Of a stretch of DNA of 64,000 nucleotides, positions 1 through 13,355 are shown piece after piece. The stretch spans positions 5,084,001-5,148,000 of the forward strand of contig CM059433.1 in NCBI GenBank assembly GCA_030390025.1, given 5' to 3'. Within the stretch, counting starts at the first letter, position 1; the number at the start of each line of letters is the position of its first letter. The stretch comes from Squalus acanthias (Eukaryota). A program made the translations under genes and the position numbers. Under the pieces are notes generated by a model. That model did not search any database and was not told the DNA's origin. It saw nothing but the letters and a program-made list of their open reading frames with translations.

Positions 1-708
1 CAGTATCGTGCTACATATTAATTATTAAGTGCTCATACAAGGAAAATAACAGCATAAATTTAATTTTAGTGAAGTACAAAGGTGATGTCTTCAATAAAGT
101 ATTCCTTGAATTCAGTTTTTTTTTACTGTAATTGCTTATATGGAGTTCTGGGGCTTCGTAGTAAACAACTATGATCCACAGACAAAAGGTTTAGACACCC
201 CTGCCTGAGAGGTTTGTCTGTTGCAAACCTGTACTTGTGTTTAATTACAGTTAAAATATTGCTATTCTGCAGTTTCTGCTGTAATAAGGGCCTTTATATA
301 TTTTTTGTTTTGCTTATGGGTGTAGCTATTCTTGTGCAATATTCAAATAGTTGACAAAGGTTTATCCTCATCCACTTACTGTTGGCTACAGTAAATCTCT
401 GAGTGGCATCTATTGAGGACGAATAGACTTGAACTGAATAAAGAGATGCCATGCCATGTACTTTAATCAGTTTCTGTCCTTGACTTGTTCCAGAATAGAG
501 TCTACTCCGTGCTAAAGGCTAAATGTATATACATTTCTTGAGTACTTCCGAAATTCCCTCTGCATATTTGGATTGATTGTCTTTGCATCATGTTACACTA
601 GAACAGTGACTAAAGTGTTGCTGGGCGATCGCCACCAATGCAGGATTTTTGATTCGATCCAGAAGCCCAGTTGTGTAATGCTGGCCAGGGCACTGCTCCT
701 CACCAGCT

Positions 709-800
709 TTATTCCTTTTTCTTTCCAGCCTTCCTGTAGTAGATGATGGTAGTCAAAACCCATATATTCAACACACATATCACCACATAGCGGACAAGCA
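709..800 (-). CDS. SLC66A3: SLC66A3 coding exon 7 (terminal, stop TAA at 711-709)
   Basis: ctttccag|(V)LVRYVVICVLNIWVLTTIIYYRKAGKKKE*. The seven exons sum to 615 nt = 204 aa + stop. Confidence 0.95.
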
Positions 801-1203
801 CTGGAAAGAAAATTAGAACTATTATAGAAGATGTGCATTTTTATTTAGAATTATTACTGACCCATACATAAAAATCAAGTCATCTGCTTTTACTGTAGAA
901 GTTTGTAATGATCAAAAACATTGCATCTTAATTTGCATTTACTTACAAACATACGAATTAGGAGTAGGCCACTCGGCCCCTCGAGCCTGCTCCGCCATTC
1001 AATAAGATCACGGCTGATCTGATTACTCCACATTCCCGCCTACCCCCGATAACCTTTCACCCCTCCTTGCTTACCAAGAATCTATCTACCTCTGCCTTAA
1101 AAATATTCAAAGACTCTGCTTCCACCGCCCTCTGAGGAAGAGAGTTCCAAAGACTCACGACCCTCTGAGAAAAAATTTCTCCTCATCTCTGTCTTAAATT
1201 GGC

Positions 1204-1829
1204 CATGATGCGGAGATGCCGGTGTTGGACTGGGGTGGACAAAAATGAGAAGTCGCACAACACCAGGTTATAGTCCAACAGTTTTATTTGAAATCACAAG
1301 CTTTCGGAGCTTACATGGCCCTTTCCTCAGGTGAAGTAAAGAGATACAGAATCGCCAAAGTATATATAGATAGAGAACAATGCATGTGTTACTTACAATG
1401 GCAGACGACTACATTTAAATCAACCTGACTGCCTTTTGTCACACCTCGGCAGATAAACAATCAGGTCAGCCAGGAAAGTACCACATCAAAGACATAGCAA
1501 GATACAACTGAGACAATGAGGTGGAGCCACAGGGGGTCCAATGTGTCAAAAGCCGCAGTATGGGAAACGATAAACTTTAAAAAATTTTACTTTTTTACTG
1601 GGAATCACATCTGTTAACAAGCCAACGACAACTCGAGTCTGGATCACATCATGTATCGTGACATAAACCCAAGATCCCGCTTGAGGCCGTCCTCATGAGT
1701 GCGGAACTTGGCTATCAGTTTCTGCTCGATGATTTTGCGTTGTCGTGTGTTTCTAAGGCCGCCTTGGAGAACGCTTACCCGCAGATCCGAGGCTGAATGT
1801 CCTTGACTGCTGAAGTGTTCCCCGACTGG
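1204..1829 (-). mobile_element. Penelope-like element 3' fragment inserted in a CR1 3' end
   Basis: Minus strand 1829-1644 encodes the GIY-YIG C-terminus PVGEHFSSQGHSASDLRVSVLQGGLRNTRQRKIIEQKLIAKFRTHEDGLKRDLGFMSRY. It carries a hammerhead and the same terminus as the 44k and 59k copies. Confidence 0.9.
1294..1334 (-). ncRNA. Minimal type I hammerhead ribozyme (PLE)
   Basis: ucac-CUGAGGA-aa-GGGC cauguaa GCUCc-GAAA-gcUU-guga; stem I covaries relative to the other copies. Confidence 0.65.
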
Positions 1830-3384
1830 CGACCCCTTATTTTTAAACAGTGACCCCTAGTTCTAGTTAAAGTAAATTTAAAGGACACAGAAGCATTTCA
1901 TAGTTGCCTTCTCAGGTCCAGTGGTGTCAGTCACTCCCATAAGCAGTCAGAGCATTACTTTTATGGGAGTTGACTCGCACTGCCCTATATCTACTTGCAT
2001 AATAGTATCGGCCCAGGAACATAACCATATCATCCCTTTGTGAGCTGCACCGGATACTCATGTCTTTTGCATGAATCCCTCTTCAGACTTCCTGAAAACA
2101 GGCCAAGCAAACACTTAGTGAGATGAGGCCAGATACAAATCAATAAGCTGCTTTATTTCCAGTGTTCCTGAATCCTGACTACTTCCCCTAATCAGCAGTT
2201 AGCAGAAGGGCTGCTCATCAAAGTTGCTTCCGCTCTCCCTCCCTCTGAAGCTAACTTCATGCAAAGCTTAAAAGGAAGGGTCCTTCTCAGGCCCTGCGGT
2301 GTGAATGTTGGCTGGGCGACCCTGGGACGAGATTACAACTCATCTGTTGATTTAATCGTCCTGGGTAAATCGTATCAATGTCTGGTTGTAATACAAATGC
2401 CTGCAGCCTTTTTAAACCTGTGTGAATCCACCTTGTTTTAAAACTCAAAACCTAAACACAGCTTTCTGTGGAGAAAGAAATCCCAAAATGTGACACTCTG
2501 ATATCTAGAATTTAAGGTTCAATATAAGGCATGTGGGGGGGCAACTGCTTAGTGTGGTTATTTGCTGATCTCCCATGGTATTCATGGCCCATAAGTAGGA
2601 AGGACAAAGAGTAGGGCTAATGATTTAGAGTGCAGGTATAAGATCAATATTAAGGACAGGTACAGAAGGGTGTTTGTACATTATTTCCTCTTTGAAGTAT
2701 CTTGATTTTGACTGCAAGGTGTTGCTTAAATAAAAGGATGAAGTTTCTTTTAAAGCCTTTTATCAAACAAGCAAAAGCACATTAAAGAGGACCCAGGAAA
2801 CTACAAGGCAAGTTGAAGAGATGAACTCCACCAACAACTGATATCTAGGCTCCTGGTGGCGGCCCATTAACTTAATTCATGAAGATTATACCCACAGTTC
2901 TTGGACTAATAGGAGGAGTTTCATACCTCTCACTGTGAGGGAACGGTTGATAACCAGGGTAGGAGGCAGCAATGGGATTTGCAGTGGGAATCCACTGGCC
3001 AAAACAATTGTAAGGGAGTGGCAGCCGTTTGATAGGACCTCTGGGATCATTGTGCAAGAATGTCTACCCACCAGATAGCATACCAGCATCCCTCTCCGCT
3101 ATGGAAGGCTTTGGGCTTCCATTGGGAACGCGGCAGAGTGAAAGAATTGAACCCGTGAGCCAATTCTGTATGGAATTACACACTGGTGCTCCAACAAATG
3201 CGCTACTCAGTTGCATGCTGAATAAATAGAAAGTGTCCTTTTGGTAGACCAGTTGGGGGAATAGTTATTGTGGTTGTGGTATTATTCAATGTGGTTGGTT
3301 ATTATTTTAGGAGTCACCTTCAGTCATCTGGGAATTGATGCCCTTTATGCACAGCATAGAGATGGGAGTGTCATGTGAGGAATT

Positions 3385-3790
3385 GGTACGGTAGTGGTTA
3401 TGTTACTGGACCAGTAATCCAGAAACTTGAACTAATGAGCCAGAGACTCGAGTTCAATTCAGTTAAATAAATCTGGAATAAAAAGCCAGTATCAGTAATG
3501 GTGACCATGAAACTACTGGATTGTCGTTTAAACCCATCTGGTTCACTAATGTCCCTAACGGAAGGAAATCTGCCGCCCTTACCCGGTCTGGCCTGTATGT
3601 GACTCCAGACCCACAGCAATGTGGTTGACTCTTAACTGTTTTCTGCAATGGCCTAGCGAGACACTCAGAAGTTCTGCAGCGGTTCAAGGCGGCGGCTCAC
3701 CACCACCTTCTCGAGGGCAATTGGGGATGGGCAATAAATGCTGCCATTGCCGGCGACGCCCACATCCCATGAATGAAAATTTAAAAAAAA
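3385..3790 (+). mobile_element. Second tRNA-derived SINE family
   Basis: tRNA-like head; 3' end shared with the LINE at 13835-14195. Other copies at 42182-42615, 51612-51880 and 18820-19925 (split by a MITE). Confidence 0.8.
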
Positions 3791-4046
3791 TCCTATATCA
3801 CAAATGTCTTAAAGGATTATTTCCCTCTTCGGATGATTCTGGTCTTGGATCATTCGTGCTCAGTTTTAGTGGCATGGGAAAGATACTTCCATTCAAAAAA
3901 TAAGATAACTCTACAAGCTAGTTACTTTTTTGGTGAAAGTAACTCTTTTATTGCCAAAACATTAATATGTTTAAATTTAGAAATTCTGAAAATTAGAAAT
4001 TTACAGTTAGGACTACTTGGTAATGATTTATGTAGAATCTATTTAC

Positions 4047-4088
4047 CTGCAGTGTCCTGGGTGGTCATCAGTGTAGTGAAGATTCTTG
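4047..4088 (-). CDS. SLC66A3: SLC66A3 coding exon 6
   Basis: gtacag|(T)RIFTTLMTTQDTA-G|gtaaat; 42 nt. Confidence 0.93.
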
Positions 4089-4577
4089 CTGTACAAGAAT
4101 AAAAAAATTAAGATTAGTAGAACAATTCAAAGATTAATTATTGCATCAATTGCAGCAGATAACCCACAGCTGATTATTGTGGTATAATACGGGCATCGTG
4201 TCCTAAGATTCAACATTCAGCAGCAGTGCCTTCCTGCTGCCAGCGTCCTGTCTTCCAATGTTCTCCTGGCTGGCCTCCCAGTCTCCACCCTTCAGCCATC
4301 CAGAATTCTGCTGCAGGTATCATCATTAACCTTCATTAGCTCCTGACCACCTCATATTTAAAATTCTCATGGTCATGTTTAAATCCCTCCATGGCCTCAT
4401 CCCTCCATATCTCTAACATCTTGCAGGTTTTACTGTTGAGTTTTACCTTTAGTTCAACTTTAATAATTCTGTAATAGGCGATGTGCCACCCCTTTCTGAT
4501 GTCTCCAAGAAACAGGGTATTGTCCAGCTTTTTTTTTTAATTAAATGCAATGAAATTCAGTTCAAAGTCACACTTAC

Positions 4578-4698
4578 TGCATGTGGTGTAGATTGCTAAG
4601 CTCCACGTCAGGGCACTAATTTGATTAGAGTCACGTGTGTTCCACAAAGACTGAAGCTGAGCGTATTTACTTAATGCACTGATACACGTAGACAGATT
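4578..4698 (-). CDS. SLC66A3: SLC66A3 coding exon 5
   Basis: ttgtag|NLSTCISALSKYAQLQSLWNTRDSNQISALTWSLAIYTTC-A|gtaagt; 121 nt. Confidence 0.95.
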
Positions 4699-5250
4699 CT
4701 ACAACAAAAAGAAGACTTGTGTTAATCACAAAGAGATTTAATCAAAGTGGCCAATCAATCCCCAGGCACCTTATTTGCCCAAAGCAAATCTGAACTTGAC
4801 ACAGTCGGATATTCGATTTTTTTTACAAAACATTTTTTTCTTCTTTGTTCCACATGTACGTGCATGCACACACATCCATTTCAGGCCAAGGGGGCATGCA
4901 GAATATCTCTGGCAATGGTATTCTTAGTCCAACTATGAGGAAGAGAACAAAAATGGTCCCAGTTGACTAACTCAATGATTTTCTCCAACTGTTTTACCAA
5001 TTTTGGTACAATATGTTCGACCAATGAAATGCCTTTATTGTTGCTGGTTCTATAAATTGGATACATTAGATATTTTGTAAAAGCATTACTTGATACCGAC
5101 AGTGACGTTGCACTGAACTCAACCAAATTCTGACAACTAGGGCAATCATACTGGAAAACACATTCAGGAGCTTGCAAGGTTATTTAGTCAATTTTGAGAA
5201 TGAGTTGAAATACAACAGCTCTTAAACACTTAGTTTCAAACTCAAGAAAG

Positions 5251-5712
5251 AAGAAAGTACTTGCATTTATATAGCGCCTTTCACGACCTCAGGACGTCCC
5301 AAAGCTCTCTACAGCCCATGAAGTACTTTTGAAGTGCAGTCACTGTTGTAATGTAGGAAACACGCACAGCAAGGTCCCACGAACAGCAATGAGGTAATGG
5401 CCAAATAACCTGGGTTTTGTTTAAAGTGATGTTGGTTGAGGGATAAATATTGGCCAGGACACCGGGGAGAACTCCCCTGCTCTTTCTTCTTCGAAACGTG
5501 CCGCGGGATATTTTACGTCCGCCTGAGAGAGCAGACGGGGCCTCGGTTTAACGTCTCATCCGAAAGACGGCACCTCTGACAGTGCAGCACTCCCTCAGCA
5601 CTGCACTGGAGTGTTAGCTTAGATTATTTGCTCAAGTTTCTGGACTGGGACTTGAACCCACAACCTTCTGATTCAGAGGCGAGAGTGCTGCCCACTCAGC
5701 CAAGTCTGACAC
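5251..5712 (-). mobile_element. tRNA-derived Deu-domain SINE with L2-like tail
   Basis: B box ggttcaagtcc; core ggtgccgtctttcggatgag; tail aggcgctatataaatgcaag. Confidence 0.85.
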
Positions 5713-7387
5713 CTTAAAAGCAGCTACAGTTGATCTCACTCCACATCCCTAGGGATCCCCATTGTTGAAAACCATCTTGCTAAGGTTGAAGCCTGACATC
5801 GCCACTTGTATTCCACTTCTGGGCTTCCCCCATCTTCCAATGTCCACATCACCTTTCTAGGCTTCGTGTGCAGAGAATAGTAAACAAAAACACAACGAGA
5901 AAAAGTTAAGACAAGAAGAATAGAATAAAACAGCAAGGAAGGAAAAAAAGAAATGAAGACATAGATTGTAAAATAAAAGGGTGGTGGGACAGTCAATTTC
6001 TAAATACTATCTGTTAACTTGTGTTTTCCAATTTCCCATTTTAACTGCTGCCAAAAGACTCGCATTGTAGTTGATGTTTGATTAACAATGAGCCTAAACA
6101 AGATCTTTTTTCTGTAGTTAAAATACATGAAGCTACTTGGAATAAAAATGCGTTTTATAATAGCTTTGCACCTATATGAAATAATTAAAATGATAAAGAC
6201 TTGCATTTCTAGTTCACTTCCCATTAAAGTACGTGAGAATGGCAGCCCAGAACACAGGCGAGTCTGTCCCACCTTCCCACCCTGGCATGTTACAGACGGA
6301 TAGAAGGGAAAATTACATTTTAGAAATAAAAAGTTATTTTCATTCAATATTTCCAATTTGCAAAACTAAAAATTAAACAAAAACATCCAGCCGCCGTGTC
6401 AGGTTTGGAATTAATCACCAAGACCGACTCGATGGAGGCAGCTTGTGTGGGTGATTTTCGAAGGCGCTTCATCCAATTGCAGCACAAAAAGGATCATTAA
6501 TCATAAACTGTTGCATCAACTTCTTGGGATCACAGCAATTGTAAAATTTCCAATTTTTGTCCCGTCCACATTTGTACCTTTTCTGTGCTACGTACTCAAC
6601 ACAATTTATAGTTTACATTAATGCAGTGTTACATGAAATGAGAAACTGCATGGTCAAAAAATGACAGCATAAGAGCCAGACTGACTGTTGTTAATGAAAG
6701 GAGCCAAGTTAGCCCAGTGCTAACCTTACACAAATGAGGATATTTACTGTTAATATCAGGTAGCATTGCATACTATTACCATAGAAAATAATAGCAAAAC
6801 AGATGCCTTACAAAACCTGCCTCCGACAGTCCCTGGGATCACGATAATACCAGGAGGAATTTCACTGAGGAACCGCTAATTCGCAGATTTTAGTCCAGCC
6901 CAATTTTTCGCTTTGACAACCTTAGTTCAGAAAACGTTGATATATTTTTTTTTAAAGGGGCAGGACTTCAGACAGCAGCTGGTTTGCTCTACAGGCAGGA
7001 GAATTGGTGAGAAATATCCGTCGAGCTGTGTGTGGATCGATGCAAGAGGCTGAGGTGCGACCGCGGATATTTACTGATATTAATGTAGCATACACCGAGC
7101 GACGAGCAGCCCTGTGGATCCTTCCGTGCAGGAGGGAAGAGAAAAGCAATAAAGTAGACATCTGCAGAGAGAAAGGATTTGGAAACTTAGGATAAATTTC
7201 AAAGCTGTGAGGCCCTCCGAAGGATTGCTTACTGGTACCAGTAATGAGGTTATGTGAGAGGCCTGTGCTCCTGCTACACCAAATTCATAGTTATCAGTAT
7301 ACATCTAGTGTCAAATTTGTAGTGCACCAACACTCAATCCATAACCAACACACCTAAACTGTTGTCAGTGCAGAATTGTTTTAATTA

Positions 7388-7888
7388 CATAAGAACATAA
7401 GGAATAGGAGCAGGAGTGGGCCATTTGGCCCTTCGAGCCTGCTCCGCCATTCAATAAGATCATGGCTGATCATCAACCTCAACTCCACTTTCCTCCACTA
7501 TCCCCTTGATTCCCTTAATATTCAAAAATCTATCGATCTCTGTCTTGAATATACTCAACGACTGAGCCTCCACAGCCCTCTGGGGTAGAGAATTCCAAAG
7601 ATTCACCACCCTCTGAGTGAAGAAATTTCTCCTCATCTCAGTCCTAAATGGCCGGCCCCTTATTCTGGGACTGAGACCCCTGGTTCTAGACTCCCCAGCC
7701 AGGGGAAACATCCTCCCTGCATCTACCCTGTCAAGCCCTGTAAGAATTGTGTATGTTTCAATGAGATCACCTCTCATTCTTCTAAACTCAGAGAATATAG
7801 GCCTAGGCTACTCAATCTGTCCTCATAGGACAATCCCCCCATCCCAGGAATCAGTCTGGTGAACCTTCGTTGCACTCCCTCTATGGCA
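7388..7888 (-). mobile_element. CR1 3' fragment
   Basis: MRGDLIETY...RRNFFTQRVVNLWNSLP plus tail. Confidence 0.9.
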
Positions 7889-8569
7889 ATTAATTCAGTT
7901 TTACTTGTATTACAGAAATTCTGGTTTTTACATTCAATTCTATTCAGTTTCTATTAAATAAAATTCATACGGGAGGCACAATAAAAGTGAAAGTGTTCAG
8001 GTTTTTATTTCACTCACACCTATTGTAGATGTTTACAGCAGCTTCAAGCTATTCCTCAAGAAACTACTCTTCCCACTGACACTATTGTTTTGTTCAACTT
8101 TTCCAAACAAAACTGGCCACACATACAAAATGCTCTTTCTACAACAGTCTGACCTGCAGGGCAAACTTTGATATCTAGAACAATCAATAAAGGACTGCAT
8201 TCTACCAGATCTTTTTTTTTCCATCTGGGATCTTGATGGACCAGCCCAGACAACAAGTAGCACTCCCCTTGTTGTGCTCTCTCTTTCTCTTCTCTCTCTC
8301 TCAATCAACCGGTCTCAGCACCACCACCACCACCACCACCACGGGTGACCCATGCTGAGGCAGCTGAAGCCGATTTCTATTAATACCGCAAACGATGCTA
8401 CGGAGCCTCCCGAGCCCATAGCTCACACAGCATCCGATAACCAACGGCCCTACGGACTACAGCAAAGAACCCATTTCTCTCTGTGGTACTGATGACTGCT
8501 GAGCAAACGGCACATTGATCGGTTTAATGTCACCTTCTGCCAGGATGAACATAGGTTGGGGCAATTTTA

Positions 8570-10250
8570 GAATCTTACAGCTGAGGAGGAGGCCGTTCAG
8601 CCCGTCATGCCTGTGCCGGCTCTTTGAAAGAGTGGTCCAATTTAGTCCCACACCCCAGCCTTTTCCCCATAACCGTGCAAATTAGTCCACTTCAACTACC
8701 TGTCCAATTGCCTTTTGAAAGTTCCTATGGAATCTGATTCCACCACCCTTCCAGATCTTAACAACACTCTGTGTGAAGACATTTCTCCCAATTTCCCCGC
8801 TAGTTCTTTTGCCAATTATTTTAAATCTATAATCTCTGGTTACCGACACACTTGCCAGAGGAAACAGTTTCTCCCTACTTGTTCTGTCAAAAACCCCTCA
8901 ATTTTGAACACCTGTTAGGTCCCCGCTTAACCTTCTGTGCTCTAAGGAGAACAACCCCAGCTTCTCCAATCTCGCCACATAACTGAACTCCCTCATTCCT
9001 GGTATCATCCTGGTAAACCTCTGCACCCTCTCCAAGGCCTTGACATCCTTCCTAAAGTGTGGTGCCCAGAATTGGACACAATACTCCAGCTGAGGCCTAA
9101 CTAGTGATTAAGGTTTAGCATGACTTCCTTGTTTTTTGTATTCAATGCCCCTATTTACAAAGCCAAGTATCCCATACACTTTCTTAACTTCCTTAGTTAG
9201 GCTGGAGTATAAGAGTAAGGAAGTCTTACTACAATTGTACAGGGTCTTGGTGAGACTACACCTGGAGTACTGTGCACAGTTCTGGTCTCCTTATCTAAGG
9301 AAACATAGAATCTAGGAGCAGAAGAATATACTTGCCTTGGAGGCGGTGCAACGAAGGTTCACTAGATTGATTCCTGGGATGAGAGGGCTGTCCTATGATG
9401 AGAGATTGTGTAGAATGGGCCGATACTCTCTGTAGTTTAGAAGAATGAGAGGTGATCTCATTGAAACATACAAGATTCTGAAGGGGATTGACAGGGTAGA
9501 TGCTGAGAGGTTGTTTCCCCTGGCTGGAGTGTCTAGAACTAGTAGGCATAGTCTCAGGATAAGGGGTCGGCCATTTAAGACTGAGATGAGGAGGAATTTC
9601 TTCACTCAGAGGGTTGTGAATCTTTGGAATTCTCTGCCCCAGAGGGCTGTGGATGCTGAGTCGTTGAGGATATTGAAGGCTGAGATAGATTTTTGGACTC
9701 TAGGGGAATCAAGGGATATGGAGATCGGGCGGGAAAGTGGAGTTGAGGTCGATGATCAGCCATGATCTTATTGAATGGCAGAGCAGGCTCGAGGGGCCGT
9801 GTGGCGGAGCAGGCTCGAGGGGCCGTGTGGCGGAGCAGGCTCGAGGGGCCGTGTGGCGGAGCAGGCTCGAGGGGCCGTGTGGCGGAGCAGGCTCGAGGGG
9901 CCGTGTGGCGGACTCCTGCTCTTATTTCTTATGTTCTTATCAACTTGCCCTGCCACCTTCAAGGATTTGGGACGATGCACCCCAGGTCATTCTGCTCTTG
10001 CATCCCAATACCCTTTAGATTATACTGCCTCTCTATACTGTTCCTCCCAAAGTGCATCACTTCACACTTATCCACATTAAATTGCATCTGCCATGTGTCT
10101 GCCCATCTCACCAGTCTGTCTACGTCCTCCTGAAGTCTGCTACTACCCTGCTTACTAGTTACTAAGTTTTGTATCATCCACAAACTTCAAAATTGTACTC
10201 TATACCCAAGTCCAGGTCACTTATATAACAAGAAAAGCAAAGATCTGAAT
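8570..10250. mobile_element. Nested CR1 fragments: minus copy (8570-9195, 9941-10250) split by a plus copy (9196-9940)
   Basis: ORF2 C-terminal peptides on both strands; the tails point in opposite directions. Confidence 0.8.
9776..9912 (+). repeat. 5 x 26-nt tandem repeat inside a CR1 3' UTR
   Basis: Unit tggcggagcaggctcgaggggccgtg. Confidence 0.95.
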
Positions 10251-10284
10251 ACAGGCCCTGATCATGCAGCAATATATTACATAC

Positions 10285-11080
10285 ATAAGATTACATCGGA
10301 TATACGGCACAGAAACAGGCCATTCGGCCCAACCAGTCCATGCTGGTGTTTATGCTCCACTCGAGCCTCCTCCCGTCTTTCCTCATCTAAATCTATCAGC
10401 GTAACCCTCTATTCCCTTCTCCCTCATCTGCTTGTCCAGCCTCCCCTTAAATGCATCCATACTATTCGCTTCAACCACTCCCTGTGGTAGCGAGTTCCAC
10501 ATTCTCACCACTCTCTGGGTAAAGAAGTTTCTTCTGAATTCCCTATTGGATTTCTTGGTGACTATCTTATATTGATGGCCTCTAGTTATGCTCTTCCCCA
10601 CAAGTGGAAACATTCTCTCTGTATCCACTCTATCAAAACCTTTCATCATTTTAAAGACCTCTATTAGGTCATCCCTCAGCCTTCTTTTTTCAAGAGAAAA
10701 GAGACCCAACCTGTTCATCCTTTCCCGATATGTATACCCTCGCATTTCTGGTATTATCCTTGTAAATCTTCTCTGCACCCTCTCCAGTTCCTCTATATCC
10801 TTTTTATAATATGGCGACCAGAACTGTACGCAGTACTCCAAGTGTGGTCTAACCAAGGTTCGATACAGGTTTAGCATAACTTCCCTACTTTTCAATTCTA
10901 TCCCTCGCGAAATAAACCCTAGTGCTTGGTTTGCTTTTTTTTTTATGGCCTTGCTAACCTGTGTTGCAACTTTTAGTGATTTGTGTATTTGTACCCCGAG
11001 ATCCCTTTGTTCCTCTACCCCACCTAGACTCGCACCCTCCAAGTGATATGTGACCTCCCTATTCTTCCTACCAAAATATA
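10285..11080 (-). mobile_element. CR1 3' fragment (distinct subfamily)
   Basis: ORF 10383-11111 contains QRDLGV, LVRPHLEYCVQFWSP and WNSLP. Confidence 0.9.
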
Positions 11081-12072
11081 GTTTTTGTTTCATTTCAGAT
11101 TTCTCCCACATTTTAGTTCAGCTTACAAAAAATCACTCAGAAGAACCCTATTGATGTTTCCTAACATAGCAGAGGTATATAACAGAGGAATTGCAATATA
11201 CAAATGGAGAACAGGCTCAAGCACTATACATACTCCGTTTAGAAAAATTACTTCAATATTCTACCCTCCCCCACCATCAAAAGCACCAAGTTATGCGAGG
11301 TTAGTCACAGGTCTATTAACTCTCTCATATCTCATCCAACTGATCCCTCTTCACACGTGAGCCTGAAGAGTGGCCGACGGCCGACGGCTGAACCGAATCC
11401 AGTCCTCAGTCACGGTCAACAACCACTTGCTTTTACAGATCGTTGTTAATGTAGAACGGCACTTCACAGGAAGGGTAAGAACAGCAGATGTTGAGCAAGA
11501 AGGAGGAGAGATTAAGAGGGGGAGACCAGACGAGGTGTATTTTAGGAAGGATCTGAAAGGAGAAAACAGAGATGGAGGAGTTCAGGGAGGGAATTCCAGA
11601 GAGCGAGAGCCAGGCAGCTGAAGGCACGGCCGCCCATGGGGGAGTGAAATGGAGGGGGTGCAGACTGACTACACACATCCTCCAGCAGCAGTCACTGCGC
11701 TGTAACCTGGAAAGTGGACGAATCTTTTCCCCCTCTCGTCAGCCTAGGGACAGGGAGGCTGACTTTTGTACATCTACTACCTCCTTGTCTTAGATTAACT
11801 AGCTGAGCAAAGACCAATGGATAGAAACTTGGACCTTCCTGCTTAGTAAACATGCTAGACACTGCAGTTACCTACTCATCCAGGCAGGACAAGACGGCAC
11901 AATGGTCCTTTAATATTTGCGCTACACACACACACTGTGACTTATAATCATATTACAGGCACATGTCAGCAAGCCTGTGAGCAAAGTACAGCTCGATATG
12001 TAATGGGCCTAATTAATAAGGACAGACGGACGGAAGGAAGGGAAGGATAGATGGATCGATAGAGAGAGAGAG

Positions 12073-12331
12073 ACCAGGACACCGGGGATATCTCCCCTGC
12101 TCTTCTTCGAAATAGTGCCCATGGGATCTTTTACATCCACCGGAGAGAGCAGACAGGGCCTCGGGTTTAACATCTCATCCGAAAGACGGCACCTCCGACT
12201 GTGCAGCACTCCCTCAGCACTGCACTGGAGTGTCAGCCTAGCTTTATGTGCTCAAGTCTCTGGAGTGGGACTTGAACCCACAACCTTCTGACTCAAGAGG
12301 CGAGTGTGCTACCCACTGAGCCACAGCTGAC
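12073..12331 (-). mobile_element. Deu-domain SINE (5' part)
   Basis: Same head and core as 5251-5712. Confidence 0.85.
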
Positions 12332-12442
12332 TCTCTCAGAATTTTAATGTTGATTAACGGTTTCCATTGCACTGAAACCTGTTACACAGAGTGAGTTATA
12401 GTACAAATACAGACGTAAACCTGGAGACCTTTACCAGAATAA

Positions 12443-12565
12443 GGGGTATATTTTCCCTCTTTATAAAGTTAAAGTTAAAGGGAAATTATTTTACTAAGCT
12501 CTCGTTGGTTTGTCATGTTTAGTAAAAGATTTTTCTTTATCTTTACACAAAGGAAGATATACCCT
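12443..12565. mobile_element. Short fold-back MITE (~120 bp)
   Basis: gggtata...tataccc ends with nested inverted symmetry; homologous to 43743-43860. Confidence 0.6.
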
Positions 12566-12969
12566 GAAGTCTCTAAGGGGAAGATATTCTAAGGTCAATT
12601 CTCAAATTCCCCATGTTGTGAACCATTCTCTGGCCATGAAAACAGGGTGATCTCGTCTTAGTTTCCTACTGAGGTCGTTATGTGGACGTGTGCGAGAATG
12701 GCGAGGTGACCCTGCCCCTAAACTGCCCCATTATCTGTTACGGAACTCACAGCAGCAAGTTCCCATTCCGTCTGTCTCATGTGGGAACAGGAACATCAAT
12801 TTCTATTCGTTTATATTCCTAGCACAACAGTCAAATGCCATCAGGCTTACAGCCACATGAAAAACTAGTGATTCATAGGACCAAAAAAACCTTGCGTTAT
12901 CGAGACAAATTACTACCCTCTCAAAAATATCAGTTTAGTCATCATGAGCTATCTATTCGAATAATAAAG

Positions 12970-13355
12970 AAGAACTTGCATTGATATAGCGCCTTTCACC
13001 CCCTCAGGACATCCCAAAGCGCTTCACAGGCGATGAAGTACTTTTGAAGTGTGGTCACTGTTGTAATGTGGGAAACGCGGCAGCCAATTTGCACACAGCA
13101 AGCTCCCACAAACAGCAATGAATTAAAGGACCATATAGTCTGTTTTTAGTGCAGTTGGTTTAGGGATAAATGTCGACCAAGACATCGGGAGAACATTTGC
13201 TGCTCTTTGAAAAGTGCCTCGGGATCTTTTACTCCCACCCGAGAGGCAAAATGGGGGCTGGGTTTAACGTCTCTTCTGAATGATGGCACCTCTCACAGTG
13301 CACGGGTATGTCTGTCTGGATTAGGTGTTCAAATCTCTGGAATGAGGCTGGAACG
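12970..13355 (-). mobile_element. Deu-domain SINE (degenerate)
   Basis: Tail and core homology. Confidence 0.75.

Larger units (their letters stand above)
948..1866 (-). mobile_element. CR1 3' fragment (interrupted by PLE)
   Basis: CR1 3' UTR stem and ORF2 C-terminus; resumes after 1829. Confidence 0.85.

Noticed and set aside
9776..9912. CRISPR-like array
   Set aside because: Units are contiguous with no unique spacers, lie in a LINE tail, and the DNA is eukaryotic.
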